Below, in pieces: positions 26,790-39,354 of a DNA stretch of 64,000 nt (positions within the stretch are counted from its first letter, which is position 1; each line of letters starts with the position of its first letter). Origin of the DNA: Eledone cirrhosa (taxonomy: Eukaryota); the NCBI GenBank assembly GCA_964016885.1, contig OZ024761.1:29140001-29204000 (forward strand). The letters are read 5' to 3'. The position numbers and the translations under genes are program-made. Under the pieces are notes generated by a model. That model was not told the origin of the DNA. It searched no databases and saw only the letters and a program-made list of their open reading frames with translations.

Positions 26790-27318
26790 TCACATACAGA
26801 CACACATAAATACATTTATATACATATATATACTCACATAATACAGACACACACACACACATATATATATATATATGTATATGCATATATATATATATAT
26901 GTGCATATATATATGTGTGTGTGTATATCTGTATATTGAAATTGAAAAATGTAGGAAGAATAGAAGAGATTTACAAAAATGTATGCAACCAGACGTTTTA
27001 TATATATGAATGTGTGTGTATATATATATATATGTCATCTCTAAATGCAACAGCAACAGCAATAAACAAAAACTACAATACACATAACAATAATTCATAA
27101 TAACAACAATAACAGCAATACATACAACATACTAATGATTATTACAATTTTGAAAAATTCTAAATGAAAATTAAAAGAAACATGATCAAAAATCCAAGTA
27201 GCCAGCCACAGTAAAACACAGACATTGCCTAAAATATCTATATCATATACATTTATATATAACACTTATATATATGTATGTATTTATATATATATATAGA
27301 TATATATATATAAATACA

Positions 27319-27705
27319 TATTTTCCACGCTAGCATGGGTTAGACGGGAATTGTTCCACTTGAGGCAAGATTGGTCGAGTGACCATGTCTTGGTCGTATA
27401 GGACTGTATGATGATGATGATATATATATATATATGCTGCATAGTTTTTGTGCATGCAGTACGGGTACTATTTGTAGAGTTTGTTCAGAGCAGATCCCTT
27501 GGCAAATAATATCTCATAGCTCTTTGAGATACATAATTTACAGCCTGTATGCCTGCCAATGTATGAGCACGCCTACTGGATTATTTTCCATTTGAATTCT
27601 TATATATATATATATATGGTTACAGCCTGTATGCCTGCCTATGTATGAGCACGCCTACTGGATTATTTTCCATTTGAATTCTTATATATATATATATATA
27701 TATAT

Positions 27706-27752
<47 letters not shown>

Positions 27753-28032
27753 AATTCAAATGGAAAATAATCCAGTAGGCGTGCTCATACATTGGCGGGC
27801 ATACAGGCTGTAACCTATGTATCTCAGAGAGCTATGAGATATTATTTGCCAAGGGATCTGCTCTGAACAAACTCTACAAATAGTACCCGTACTGCATGCA
27901 CAAAAACTATGCAGCATATATATATATATATCATCATCATCATACAGTCCTATATGACCAAGACATGGTCACTCGACCAATCTTGCCTCAAGTGGAACAA
28001 TTCCCGTCTAACCCATGCTAGCGTGGAAAATA
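27319..28032. repeat. Long inverted duplication (~280-bp arms) around a (TA)n centre
   Basis: 27319-27601 is nearly the exact reverse complement of 27750-28032; an extra partial copy lies at ~27618-27685. Confidence 0.9.
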
Positions 28033-28067
28033 GACGTTAAACGATGATGATGATGATATATATATGT

Positions 28068-28346
28068 GAAGGCCCGTGGCCTAGTGGTAAGGGTGTTGGA
28101 CTTATGATCATAGTGTCGTGGGTTTGAATCCTGGGTTGTGCATTGTGTTCTTGAGCAAAACACTTCATTTCACGTTGTTCCAGTATACTCAGCTGAAAAT
28201 GAGTACCAGCCATAGCTGGCAGTTTAACCCTGCGAAGGACTGGCATCCTGTCCACGGGGAAGTCTTGTACTCTCACTCACTTCACGACATGAAACCGGGA
28301 TAAGAACCAGGCAAATGAGCCTTCTGGCTTAAGACAGACTTTAAAC
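28068..28346 (+). mobile_element. tRNA-derived CORE-type SINE family 2
   Basis: gtggcctagtggtaaggg..ggtttgaatcc, CORE-like ttcttgagcaaaacacttc, tail ..gacagacttta; fragments also at ~16960-17200 and ~20450-20550. Confidence 0.8.
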
Positions 28347-29409
28347 ATACATACATACTCACACATACATATATACATACACACACACACACACATATAT
28401 ATATATATTTTTTTTTTTATGGATTTACAGAAACCCAAGAAGCTAGATTTACCATCTTTCTAGTGGGTCCGGGTAAGCTTTTTACATTCATATGATTTAT
28501 TGATTTATTGATATTTTATCTGAGTGACCCGAATCTTCCGGATCGTAATTTTTCGGTCGTATGGTTGATTTTAGATATAATCTATGTGTGTTGGTATTTT
28601 AACGATAGTTATAGCTCTGTTTTATCTGAATTATTCAGCCCTCTGCCACTCATGTCGAATTTTGTTTATCGTGAACTCGTGCGCCGATTTTTCGATACTC
28701 GATTATTCTACTATATATATATATATATATATGATGATGGTTGTAACTTGATTTCGAGCAATGCCATTGCTTGATACATAAACATGTGCATCACCGACCT
28801 GCTAGGGACTTGCCTATGGCCAGCAATACCATGCATCAATCACAGACATGGCTTTTTAGTCCTGCAAGGGACTTGCCTATGGCCAGCAATACCATGCATC
28901 ACAAAAAATGTGATATTTCAAGTGATCCTTGTGCTTGAAGCTTTTTTAAGTGAGGAAAGACTTTGCATGGGGACAATCTCACTCTCAGAACATGAAATGT
29001 ATTAGCCGAAAAAGAAGAACTGGTTTACATCATTGGATGTAAATGAAGTCGCAGGTTTTATATCAGAGTGACCTTCTTCTAGAGAGATGTCTTAATGAAG
29101 ATTAGGAGTCTCTCGCTCTACAAAAAAATATATGTATATATATACATATATAGTCAAATTTTTTATCCTGAGTTTTTTTTTCGTCGCTATGGTCACTGCG
29201 GCCCGTCTATCGGTCGCTGTCTTCAATTTGCAAAGCTGTCTAGACGTAATGTTATAATTCAAGGGTAATATACCTTATTGAGTGCTTAGCTGCACACTGA
29301 GATTGCATTCGTTAGCTTGGCTGCAACCAGAGCTTCGATGATGCTGTACTAAATTTTATATATCTATATATATATGTATATATATATATAGATATATAAA
29401 ATTTACAAA

Positions 29410-30070
29410 TTTATTTACAAATTCATAGACAACGCACTTTCATCCAACGCACCAATAAGGAAACACATTTCATTAATACATTTCAACCAGTACTCAATGC
29501 CCTGAAATTCGGACCCTTCTAAAACTGCAACAAACCATCAAACATTTACAAGAGTTACCTCTCTCACACCCTACCTAATCCTTTTTCTTAAATAAATTAA
29601 ATATCACCCAGCAAGAATTGCTTCCCCCTGCATATTAACTCTCTAAAAAGGGAAATCATATCAAACCACAGTCCACCATTTGCCTCCTTCACGAAACCAT
29701 GGTTCAACTAAACCCTCTTGCGATATTAACACATTTTGAACTGCTTAACTTCAATGACTGTGCTTGTAAATAACATTAACTTTTCTTCCACATTGACTTT
29801 TTACGTTCCACATTATGCACGTTTTTTTTTCTTTTTCTTTTCACTTCTTAAACCTTGTTTGTAAATAACATTATTCTTTCTGCACCTTCTGTTTAACATG
29901 TGTGACACCACACTAATACATTTCACTATCATTTGATAATGCATATAAATGCTGAAACCGGTAATAGACAATAATTAAATATATAAATAGATAAATAAAT
30001 GCCATTGTTAAATAATAAATAAATCAACTAATACCTTAACACTTCACACAAAGTAAAACATTTCGTTTTA
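29410..30070 (+). mobile_element. Penelope-like element 3' remnant (GIY-YIG C-terminus plus pseudo-LTR with decayed hammerhead)
   Basis: QRTNKETHFINTFQPVLN near 29445-29500 fits the RxxxExxFIxxFxPxLN end of PLE GIY-YIG domains. A hammerhead relic ttgataa-tgca..tgct-GAAACCGGTA lies downstream at ~29926-29967. Flanked by (TA)n. Confidence 0.6.
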
Positions 30071-30164
30071 ATCATTTTCTAACCCAGAAAAAAGAGAGAG
30101 AGAGACAAAAAAAAAAGAAAAACATATATATTTTTCTTCCTCATAATCGTCTCTTTCTCCCCGT

Positions 30165-30235
<71 letters not shown>

Positions 30236-30322
30236 CACATATATATACACACACATATGTGCATGCACACATCAACACACACACAGACTGGTGGATCTTG
30301 GTCAGTTTTGAGGGTAAATGAA

Positions 30323-30800
30323 ACAAGGGAAGTCTGAAAAGTTCATAGAATAACTATGAAGGAGTGATGATAGAGCTGTGAAATCTTGCATGCATTAATT
30401 TCAACTATTCTTATTAATAACTGCATTGTTTCTTTTCAGGGACTGACTATGAAGGAGTGGTGCTAGAGCTGCGAAATATTGCATGCATTAATTTCAACTA
30501 TTCTTATTAATAACTGAATTGTTTCTTTCCAGGCACTGACTATGAAGAAGTGGTGCTAGAGCTGCGAAATCTTGCAAGCATTCCTTTCAACTTTTCTTAT
30601 TAAGAACTGCATTGTTTCTTTCTAGGGACTGACTATGAAGGAGTGGTGCTAGAGCTGCGAAATCTTGCAAGCATTCCTTTCAACTCTTCTTTTTAAGAAC
30701 TGCATTGTTTCTTTCTAGGGACTATGTTGAAAAATAAACCACATTTGGTAATTCCATGAGAGTATCTTGGTCAGCCAATGAACTTTTCAGCTGACCTCCT
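30323..30800. mobile_element. mariner-like MITE with an internal ~92-bp unit amplified four times
   Basis: Ends ..ctgaaaagttcat / atgaacttttcag..; unit gactatgaaggagtggtgctagagctgcgaaatcttgc...; a single-unit relative lies at ~45715-46070. Confidence 0.65.
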
Positions 30801-31291
30801 TCTTGCCCATTGAAACCTGGGACCCAATGGTTGTGAAGTGAACACACATACACACACACATGAACAGAACACACACACACATATATGAAGAGAAGACAGC
30901 ACACACACATACAACACACAACAACAACATGTACTATGCAAATTAAAATGTAGAGAGAAAGTGAGAAGGGGAGAGAGGGGTGAGGGTAGGGAGGAGACAG
31001 AGTGGATAGAGAGAGGGAGAAAGAGGGGGGGGAGATAGGAGAGGGGGAGAGAGAGAGAGAGAAAGAGCCACATAAGAGAGAGAAAAATGACAGACAGAAA
31101 AATAATTAAATAAAAATAAAAATAAGGGAAAACAACAACAAAAACAATAATAGCAATAATAAAAACAATAACAATAAAAATAGGCCAAAAAACCTCCACA
31201 ATCTCATGATTACCATTCTAATTAGATTTTTTTCTTGTTTAATTTTTTTATTTGTGTTTTATATTTTTTGCTGCATAATATACACTCACAC

Positions 31292-31331
<40 letters not shown>

Positions 31332-31527
31332 GGTTTTAATGCATGTATATAATATATATATGTGTGTGTGTACATATAAACATATACATATATAAACACA
31401 TACAACACACACATATATATATATATATATAAGTATATCTAAATGTCTATGTATGCATACCATAAATATATGTATACATACATACATACAATAAATATAT
31501 ATATATGCATTCAATAAAAAAATAAAA

Positions 31528-31564
<37 letters not shown>

Positions 31565-32276
31565 AATTTACATGTATATATATATACACACATATATATA
31601 TATATACATTATAGGGTAAATTTACGCTTATAAATTTATATACATTCACATAGACACAAACACATACTCACACACACCCCACACCGCACCCCACACACAT
31701 ACAACATACCCCCCCCCCCATATCTCTAGTTTTCTCCTTTTTTTTCCTTGTTAAAATTCTAAAGGTTATTTTCTTCAGTAGGTAATGTCTCAGCTAGGAA
31801 ATTCAATCATAACACCATGTAGAAATTTATTCCAAAGCTGAAATCTCTTCTGTTTTCAATTCACCATGTTTCCACCACGAAAACAAAACATTTGATTATA
31901 GAAACTGTTGTAATAGATGTAATAGGTGAATTGTATGGGGGTGGGGTGGATGATCTGTGGGGAGGAGAGGAAGGTGTGTGGTGTGTGGATGGGGTGGAGG
32001 GTGGTGTTGAGGTTGGTAAGGAGGGGGTGTGGTGGGGGGTAAGTAGGGAAGGGTTGTGGAGGAGGGGTGGGTGGGCATAGGGACTCAGCTCAACTTTACA
32101 GAGGGTTTGGATGATGAGTGATGGGTTGTGAGGACTGAGGTGGACGTCACAGAGGGGTTTGGATGATGAGTGTCTGTCTTTCAGTCTGTCTGTCTGTCAG
32201 TCACTCAGTCTAGCAGTTAATAAATCAATCAGTCAGTCAATCAATCAATATAATAAGTAAAGCAATAATTGATTAC

Positions 32277-32375
32277 CTTTGAGATTGTTCACTGACGGAC
32301 TCACTGACTCCCTCTTTTTCAATCAACATCTTGCGGAACATGGACACTTTGTGTTCAATTTCATCTGGGGAATAT
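32277..32375 (-). CDS. SRRM2: Internal coding exon of an SRRM2/3/4-family (Srrm234, cwf21-domain) splicing factor: (G)YSPDEIEHKVSMFRKMLIEKEGVSESVSEQSQ(R/S)
   Basis: The peptide matches the cwf21-domain segment I recall from SRRM2/SRRM3 (GYxxxxIxxKVxxFRxMLxEK). Acceptor tttgtccatatcttccAG, CTAAT branch-point-like motif at 32408-32412, donor AAG|GTAATC. 99 nt, phase 2 at both ends. Flanking exons were not found in the window and the paralogue identity is uncertain. Confidence 0.8.
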
Positions 32376-32433
32376 CTGGAAGATATGGACAAATACAAAT
32401 AAAGATAATTAGAGACATCAATAAATTGAATAA

Positions 32434-32935
32434 TAAGTGGTATGAGCATAAGCCAGAATCGGTAATAGAAAACAATCAAGTGAAGGTGCTATGGGATTTC
32501 AGGATACAGACAGACAAGAAATTAGAACAAAATAGGCTTGACGTGGTGGTTTTTGACAAGGAAAAAAGACCGTGCCTGATTGTAGATGTAGCCTGCCCTT
32601 TTAACACAAGAGTGCAAGAAAAAGAGAAGGAAAAAATTAACCGATACCAGGATTTAAAGTGGGAGTTAAAAAGGATTTGGGACTGTCATGAGATCAAGGT
32701 CATCCCGATTGTCATAGGAGCACTAGGTACTATCTCAAAGAGTGTTCAAGGATGGTTAAAGAACATTAGTCCAGCCCCCTTTTTTAGAACACTTCAAACG
32801 GCATGCTTGCTGGAAACAGCAAGAACCCTCCGATACGTCCTGAATATCTGAGACTGCAGGTAGCTGCTTGATGGTCATTTGAACAAACTTTCCAGTTAAA
32901 TAACATCAATGATTGAGACTCCAAGAATGATAATA
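32434..32935 (+). mobile_element. 5'-truncated R4/Dong-clade non-LTR retrotransposon (restriction-like endonuclease C-terminus plus 3' UTR)
   Basis: Open frame KWYEHKPESVIENNQVKVLWDFRIQTD..NRLDVVV..CLIVDVACP..EKEKINRYQDLKWELKRIW..IPIVIGALG..LQTACLLETARTLRYVL, stop at 32851. TAA repeats at both junctions, consistent with the known TAA-repeat targeting of Dong elements. Confidence 0.85.
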
Positions 32936-33341
32936 ATTATTTCTACTTTTGGCACAAGGCCAGCAATTATCCCAGTACATTACTGGTACTTTATTTCATC
33001 GACCCCGTAAGGATGAAAGGCAAAGTTAACCTCAGTGGGAATTGAACTCAGATCATAAAGGGCCATTACTCTTTGCGTCAAAGCATGGCATCCGACCCTC
33101 TACCGATACGGCCAATCCACCACCCTTGATGAATGATAATAATAATAATAATTGTTTCTACTTTTGGCACAAGGCCAACAATTACCCCAGTGCATTACTG
33201 GTACTTTATTTAATCGTCCCTATACGGATTAAAGGGAAAGTTAACCTCGGCTTGATTTAAACTCAGACTGTAAAGGGATGTAACTCTATGCTGCAGAGCA
33301 TGGCATCCGATGCTCTACTGATACTGCCAATCCACCGCCCC
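32936..33341 (-). mobile_element. Two tandem Meta-type SINEs
   Basis: Copies ~32936-33125 and ~33140-33341 separated by (AAT)n. Confidence 0.8.
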
Positions 33342-33700
33342 TACTTGTTGCATAATAAGGGTTCCTTTATTAACCACACAGGGATCACAGTAAGAAAAAC
33401 CTTAAAGATGGCAGCATAGGACAGCTCAAGACAGTAGAGTGTGGAGCTTTATGGCGAAGAAGTTTGTAAGACAAACTAAAAACATAATAATTTGAAATAT
33501 CATAGAAAATGAATTCCCCAATAGGGTGGAGGTAAGGCCTCGAACGGTTACTCGTGGTATAAGACCACAAATTCTTGGACTATGACAACATGACAAATTT
33601 ATATTAATGGTTATATATATATTTGTGTGTGTGTCTACAATATTTAGATATATACACCACACACACATATACTATATGTACGTATGTCTTTATATATATG

Positions 33701-33748
<48 letters not shown>

Positions 33749-33905
33749 TATATATATATAAAAATGTATATATATATACATATATATATATGAATACATA
33801 TATATATAAATACATATATATATATATAAATGCATATATATATATTTATATATATATATGTGTGTGTATGTATATACTGTGTATTTTGGTTTCAGATAAA
33901 CATTT

Positions 33906-33955
<50 letters not shown>

Positions 33956-34098
33956 TACATATACATATATACATATATACACATATATATATACATACAA
34001 ATATAAATTAGCGAGAATCGTATTTCAGCTATTGGAAATTAGCGAAAAACAACTTACGAGATGTATATTAACTTATATACATATGTTATTGAATCTTG

Positions 34099-34161
<63 letters not shown>

Positions 34162-34780
34162 CATATATATACATATACATACATATATATACATATACAT
34201 ACATATACATATACATACATATACATACATATACATACATATACATACATACACATACATATACATACATATACATATATATATAAAGATTTAATAACAT
34301 ATGTTTATAAGCTAATATACTTATGTATAACGCACACACAAACACACATCCACTACAAAATTAAACATACACACTCACACACACACACGCACGCACACAC
34401 AGACATGTACACATACACACATGTACATGTCTGTATATCATATTAATAAACCTTTCAGTTTGCTCAGCAAATGCTGAGAGTCAGCAAATGCTGGCAAAAG
34501 ACGGATGTTCGTGGGCCAAAGACAGAGTAAAGAAGAACAACAGAGCACAAAGGTGAAACCTTAAAGGGCCTTAGGGTGCTGGCTCTCGTACAAGACTTCA
34601 TGCTAGGGCTATGGGGAGATGGGTGATGGTGGTGGCGGTGGTGGTGGAAATGGTGGTAGTGGTGGGGATACAGTATGGCGGTTGCATTGGATGTAACAGG
34701 GAGCTATACAAGGTAATTAAGAATAGCCAGTCTATGTATGCATGTATATATATATATATATATATAAGTATATATATATG

Positions 34781-34822
<42 letters not shown>

Positions 34823-34833
34823 TATATATATAT

Positions 34834-34867
<34 letters not shown>

Positions 34868-34886
34868 GTATATATATATGTATGTG

Positions 34887-34953
<67 letters not shown>

Positions 34954-35176
34954 GTATATATATATATCTGTATATGTATATATATATATATATATCTGTA
35001 TATGTATAAATATATATGCATATGTATAAATATATATGTATATGTATAAATATATATGTATATGTATAAATATATATGTATATGTATAAATATATATATA
35101 TATATAAATATATATATGTATATATATGAATATATGCATATATATATGTATATAAATATATATATATGAATATATG

Positions 35177-35208
<32 letters not shown>

Positions 35209-35322
35209 TTTATCTATAATACAAGTGTAAACGATATGTACCTCGATAAATCAATTGAAAAACATTATCAATATATATTTTATATGTATTGATTAAAACT
35301 AAAATTAGCTCATATATATATG

Positions 35323-35354
<32 letters not shown>

Positions 35355-35916
35355 TCATCATCATCATCATCGTTTAACATCTATCTTCCACGCTAATATA
35401 TATATAATATATATGTGTATATATATATATCATCGGGTGTGTCCTTAATAGATCATTGTATAACTCTAATCATTAGGGGCTCAATTAAAGACCTAAATAA
35501 TTAAGAAGGGTTTGTTTTTCTGAACAGAAACAGAAGGGAACTTTATTTAAATAAAGTACTCAATACAAGTGTAGGGAAGAACATTCAAAGCATAGTTCCT
35601 GTCTTGTACAAGTAATTACTATAGGGAATAAATATATATATATATATATATATAAATATATATATAAATATATATATATATAAATAAATATATAAATATA
35701 TATATATATATCGTGTAGGCGCCACGAAAAAGCACCCAGCACTCACTGTAAATGAGGTTGGTGTTAGGAAGGGCATCCAGCTGTAGAAATCAAGCCAGAT
35801 CAGTTCCTGTATGAGCAAGGCATGGTCAGCCGACCAGACACTGCCCACAACAGGACAACCCGTCTAACCCATGCTAGCGTGGAAGAACGGACGTAAAACG
35901 GTGATGATGATGATGA

Positions 35917-35952
<36 letters not shown>

Positions 35953-36186
35953 ATAATATTATTAAATGGAAACTATCTTTATAAAACCATATTTATTTTA
36001 TTATATATATTTCAAGGGTACCAACATTTTTGGTAAACTCTCATCACATAAAATACAAAAGTTGTTTTACAGATAGTGACATATTCAAGACAAGAACTTA
36101 TTTGAGTTCTGTTTGAGTGCCTCTAATCTGTTATAAATTATAATAACCAACAAACTATAATAAGCAAGAAATTAAATAACTCATTG

Positions 36187-36228
<42 letters not shown>

Positions 36229-36480
36229 TCTTTCCTCATACATGCCTTATTGACTCTATTGACTCCTGCATTGTACACCAATTTTCCTTGCTTATAACTT
36301 TTTTGCCTGTATTTTTCTGCTTGTACTTTTCAACCAGTGCTGCCTGTAATTGTGTTCTCTCAAGCATAACATCCTTTTAACTCCTGACACTCCACATGTT
36401 GCCTATGACACTAACAACAATTATGTACCCTAAATGTTCTGAATGACTAGGATTTTAGTCACATGTTTCGACATTCCATA

Positions 36481-36545
36481 TACTCTGATGATTCCAGACT
36501 TCCCTCTGTAAGAAACAATTGTCAACAAATAAATGTTCTAAACTA
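36481..36545 (+). ncRNA. Degenerate hammerhead, same family as 13874-13927
   Basis: CTGATGA TTCCAGA-cttccc-TCTGTAA GAAAC AATT GTC, followed by the same aaatgttctaa flank; stem I is decayed. Confidence 0.55.
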
Positions 36546-36560
36546 AAATTTGTATGTATA

Positions 36561-36904
36561 TCATTTCATTCATCATTTCATTTTACGTCCGCTTTTTCCC
36601 TGCTTGCAAGGGTGGGACGGGAACTGATTCTGGCTTGATTTCTACAGCTGGATGCCCTTCCTAACACCAACCTCATTTACAGTGAGTGCTGGGTGCTTTT
36701 TTGCCATGGCACCTCCACGACCACTTTGCAGTGGAATGATAGGGACCCCAGCCCCTATCATCTCATTTCTACAGCTGAGTAAACTGGAGCAATGTGAAAT
36801 AAAGTGTCCTGCTCAAGGAAACAACACATCACCCGGTCTGAGAATTGAACTCACAACCTTTCGATTGCAAGGCCAATGCTCTAACCACTAAGCCATGTGT
36901 CTCC
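36561..36904 (-). mobile_element. CORE-type SINE family 1
   Basis: Reverse-complement full-length copy. Confidence 0.85.
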
Positions 36905-36914
36905 ATATATATAT

Positions 36915-37100
36915 ATATTCCTTTTCCAAGGTTTCACAAAGTTAGGCGATTCTAACAGAAACGTCTGATATCGTTCATCAGAAGCAATCTTTATATGGAT
37001 ATATCAAAATAAAGATATCTCCAAATAAAGATTCCTTCTGTTGAGCGATATCAGACGTTTCTGTTAGAATCGTCTGACTTTGTGAAACCTTGGGCAATGG
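36915..37100. repeat. ~85-bp-arm inverted repeat made of two divergent decayed hammerhead-bearing segments
   Basis: ccaaggtttcacaaag...gatatc aaaataaa gatatc...ctttgtgaaaccttgg; the arm consensus reads attcctt CTGATGA..GAAAC cttg Gxx aaggaat. Confidence 0.7.
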
Positions 37101-37629
37101 AATAATTATATTATGTTCCTTCTCTACCAATATATTGAATACTATATTATATTTTTCTCTTCAGAAAACCATTCTTAATTATATACAAACATACACTCAT
37201 CAGGAAAGCCCTGATGATTTCTTTTTAATCAAACAGTTCTATTCCTGTAGGAACCATTCCTATTTATATATATATATATCATCATCATCGTTTAACGTCC
37301 GTTCTTCCACGCTAGCATGGGGTAGACGGGTTGTCCTGTTGTGGGCGGTGTACGGTCGGCTGACCATGCCTTGCTCATACAGGAACTGATTCTGGGTTGA
37401 TTTCTACAGTTGGATGCCCTTCCTACCACCAACTTCATTTACAGTGAGTGCTGGGTGCTTTTTCGTGGCGCCTACACGTCCACTTTACAATGTGGGCTGG
37501 GTGCTTTTTTGCCGTGGCACCTCCACAACCACCTTGCAGTGGGCGGTGTGGGGCATATTGTCTATATGCTTCAGCTTGTACCCATGGGAGGTCGGGCACT
37601 CTGTATTACTGCGTGACGCCAGAGGTCAC

Positions 37630-37825
37630 GAAAGATTCAGGACCCCAATGGCTGAGCTTTTACCATTTCAACAGCCAGTTCTGAGTCTGGAACTAGCTGT
37701 TGAAATGGCAAGAGCTCAGCTGTCGGGGTCCTGACTCTTTGATATGACCATACTCTACTACCCCAAGTATCGAATACTCTGGTGAATAATAGTCCAACCA
37801 GTTTCTTACTGTATCCATCTTGATG
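37630..37825 (+). mobile_element. HHR-family A fold-back repeat (diverged subfamily; another relic at ~7235-7360)
   Basis: tcaggaccccaatggctgagc...gagctcagctgtcggggtcctgactc plus a diverged tail. Confidence 0.65.
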
Positions 37826-37860
<35 letters not shown>

Positions 37861-38117
37861 TGAGATATAGGATTTAGCTTCATGCATAGCTGTATACAGA
37901 TATGTACTGAAATTTTGTATTTCTAAAGAAATATGGTATGTTTATGGATAAACATTTAGAATGGCGTAACTATGCAAAACCCTCTGGTGGTGTCCAGCAG
38001 AAGTAGGTGGGGGCAATCGTCGATGCATTTTGAACTTAACTGGTTCTCATCAGGACAAGCCCTCCCACTCTTGCGACTGCTGGACTAGAAAACAGGCGAG
38101 AATATAGGGTCTTCTTG

Positions 38118-38153
<36 letters not shown>

Positions 38154-38166
38154 CATATATATATAC

Positions 38167-38197
<31 letters not shown>

Positions 38198-38210
38198 CAT
38201 ATATATATAC

Positions 38211-38397
<187 letters not shown>

Positions 38398-38412
38398 CAT
38401 ATATATATACAC

Positions 38413-38473
<61 letters not shown>

Positions 38474-38479
<6 letters not shown>

Positions 38480-38590
38480 AATGAATAATAACAGGTAGAC
38501 ATCATAAAAAGGTAATTTATTCTGTGTGCTTACAAATGTTTCCATAAATTACCTTTTTATGATGTCTACCTGTTATTATTCATTCTTTAT
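38474..38590. repeat. ~47-bp-arm inverted repeat abutting (TA)n
   Basis: ataaagaatgaataataacaggtagacatcataaaaaggtaatttat and its reverse complement around a 23-nt spacer. Confidence 0.85.
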
Positions 38591-38760
38591 CTACACTCGG
38601 GAATACAGAAGGATCAGGAACTGAGTTTCTTCAACTATTCTTCCATAACTCGTTGAGTAACCCCTCACCGTACGTCAACTCTATCCAGTGTAGTAATTAA
38701 TCATTACTGCATCCAGGATAATCCTCAGCATTTCTTGCATAACCTAATATATATATATAT

Positions 38761-38956
38761 ATAGGAACCAGTAAGACCCCGACGGCTGAGCTCAAGCCAT
38801 TTCGACGGCTAAATATGGACTGATTTAGCCGTCGAAACGGCTTGAGCTCAGCCGTCGGGGTCCTACTCGTTCCTATTACCCACTCTACTACCCTAAGTAT
38901 TGAGTACTTTGGTGCGTTATGGTCCACCTGGTTCCTTACCACATTTCCTTCGTTAT
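38761..38956 (+). mobile_element. HHR-family A fold-back repeat in (TA)n
   Basis: Palindrome ~38761-38876 with a different loop, then the shared tail. Confidence 0.8.
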
Positions 38957-39097
38957 ATATATATATAGTTGCTGTAGGGTTGCAGGTAAATGCGTCAATA
39001 GGCGGTATGCTGGTTGAGCACTTGATGCTCAGCGCAGAGCAGAGTATACTAGTATAAAGAACAAGGAATCAGTAATGCATCAAACTACAATTTATTA

Positions 39098-39189
39098 ACA
39101 TATTACATATGTTTCACCGTCGATCAGCTCGAGACAGGATCTGTTACAGATCGAACCCAACTCTGCATTCGAAGGTTCTTCAGGTATGT
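39098..39189 (-). ncRNA. Type I hammerhead with enlarged stem II and one stem I mismatch
   Basis: Minus strand reads acatac CTGAAGA ACC...(internal GATCTGTAACAGATC hairpin)...GGT GAAAC ATAT GTA atatgt. Confidence 0.55.
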
Positions 39190-39354
39190 CTTGTGTGCCC
39201 AAACATCCCGGTTGTTCTAATTAGAACATCTAGGATGTTTCCTTAAATTTTAATCTGTTATTTTAATATATATTTGCTCTATGGTTTTATATATTTTCAT
39301 ATATATATTATACTGATTGAGCACTCTTCGGCTTTTAGTCTTCACATTTATTAT

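Noticed and set aside
28431-28472. Possible plus-strand exon (tacAG ... CGG|GTAAGC)
   Set aside because: Only one open frame, no homology and no partner exons.
31790-31880. ENRRDFSFGINFY as the next SRRM2 exon (AFGIS-like)
   Set aside because: Weak similarity, no acceptor, and an in-frame stop follows immediately.
32279-32851. 190-aa plus-strand ORF as a host gene
   Set aside because: Chimeric reading: antisense of the SRRM exon and intron fused by chance to the R4/Dong fragment.
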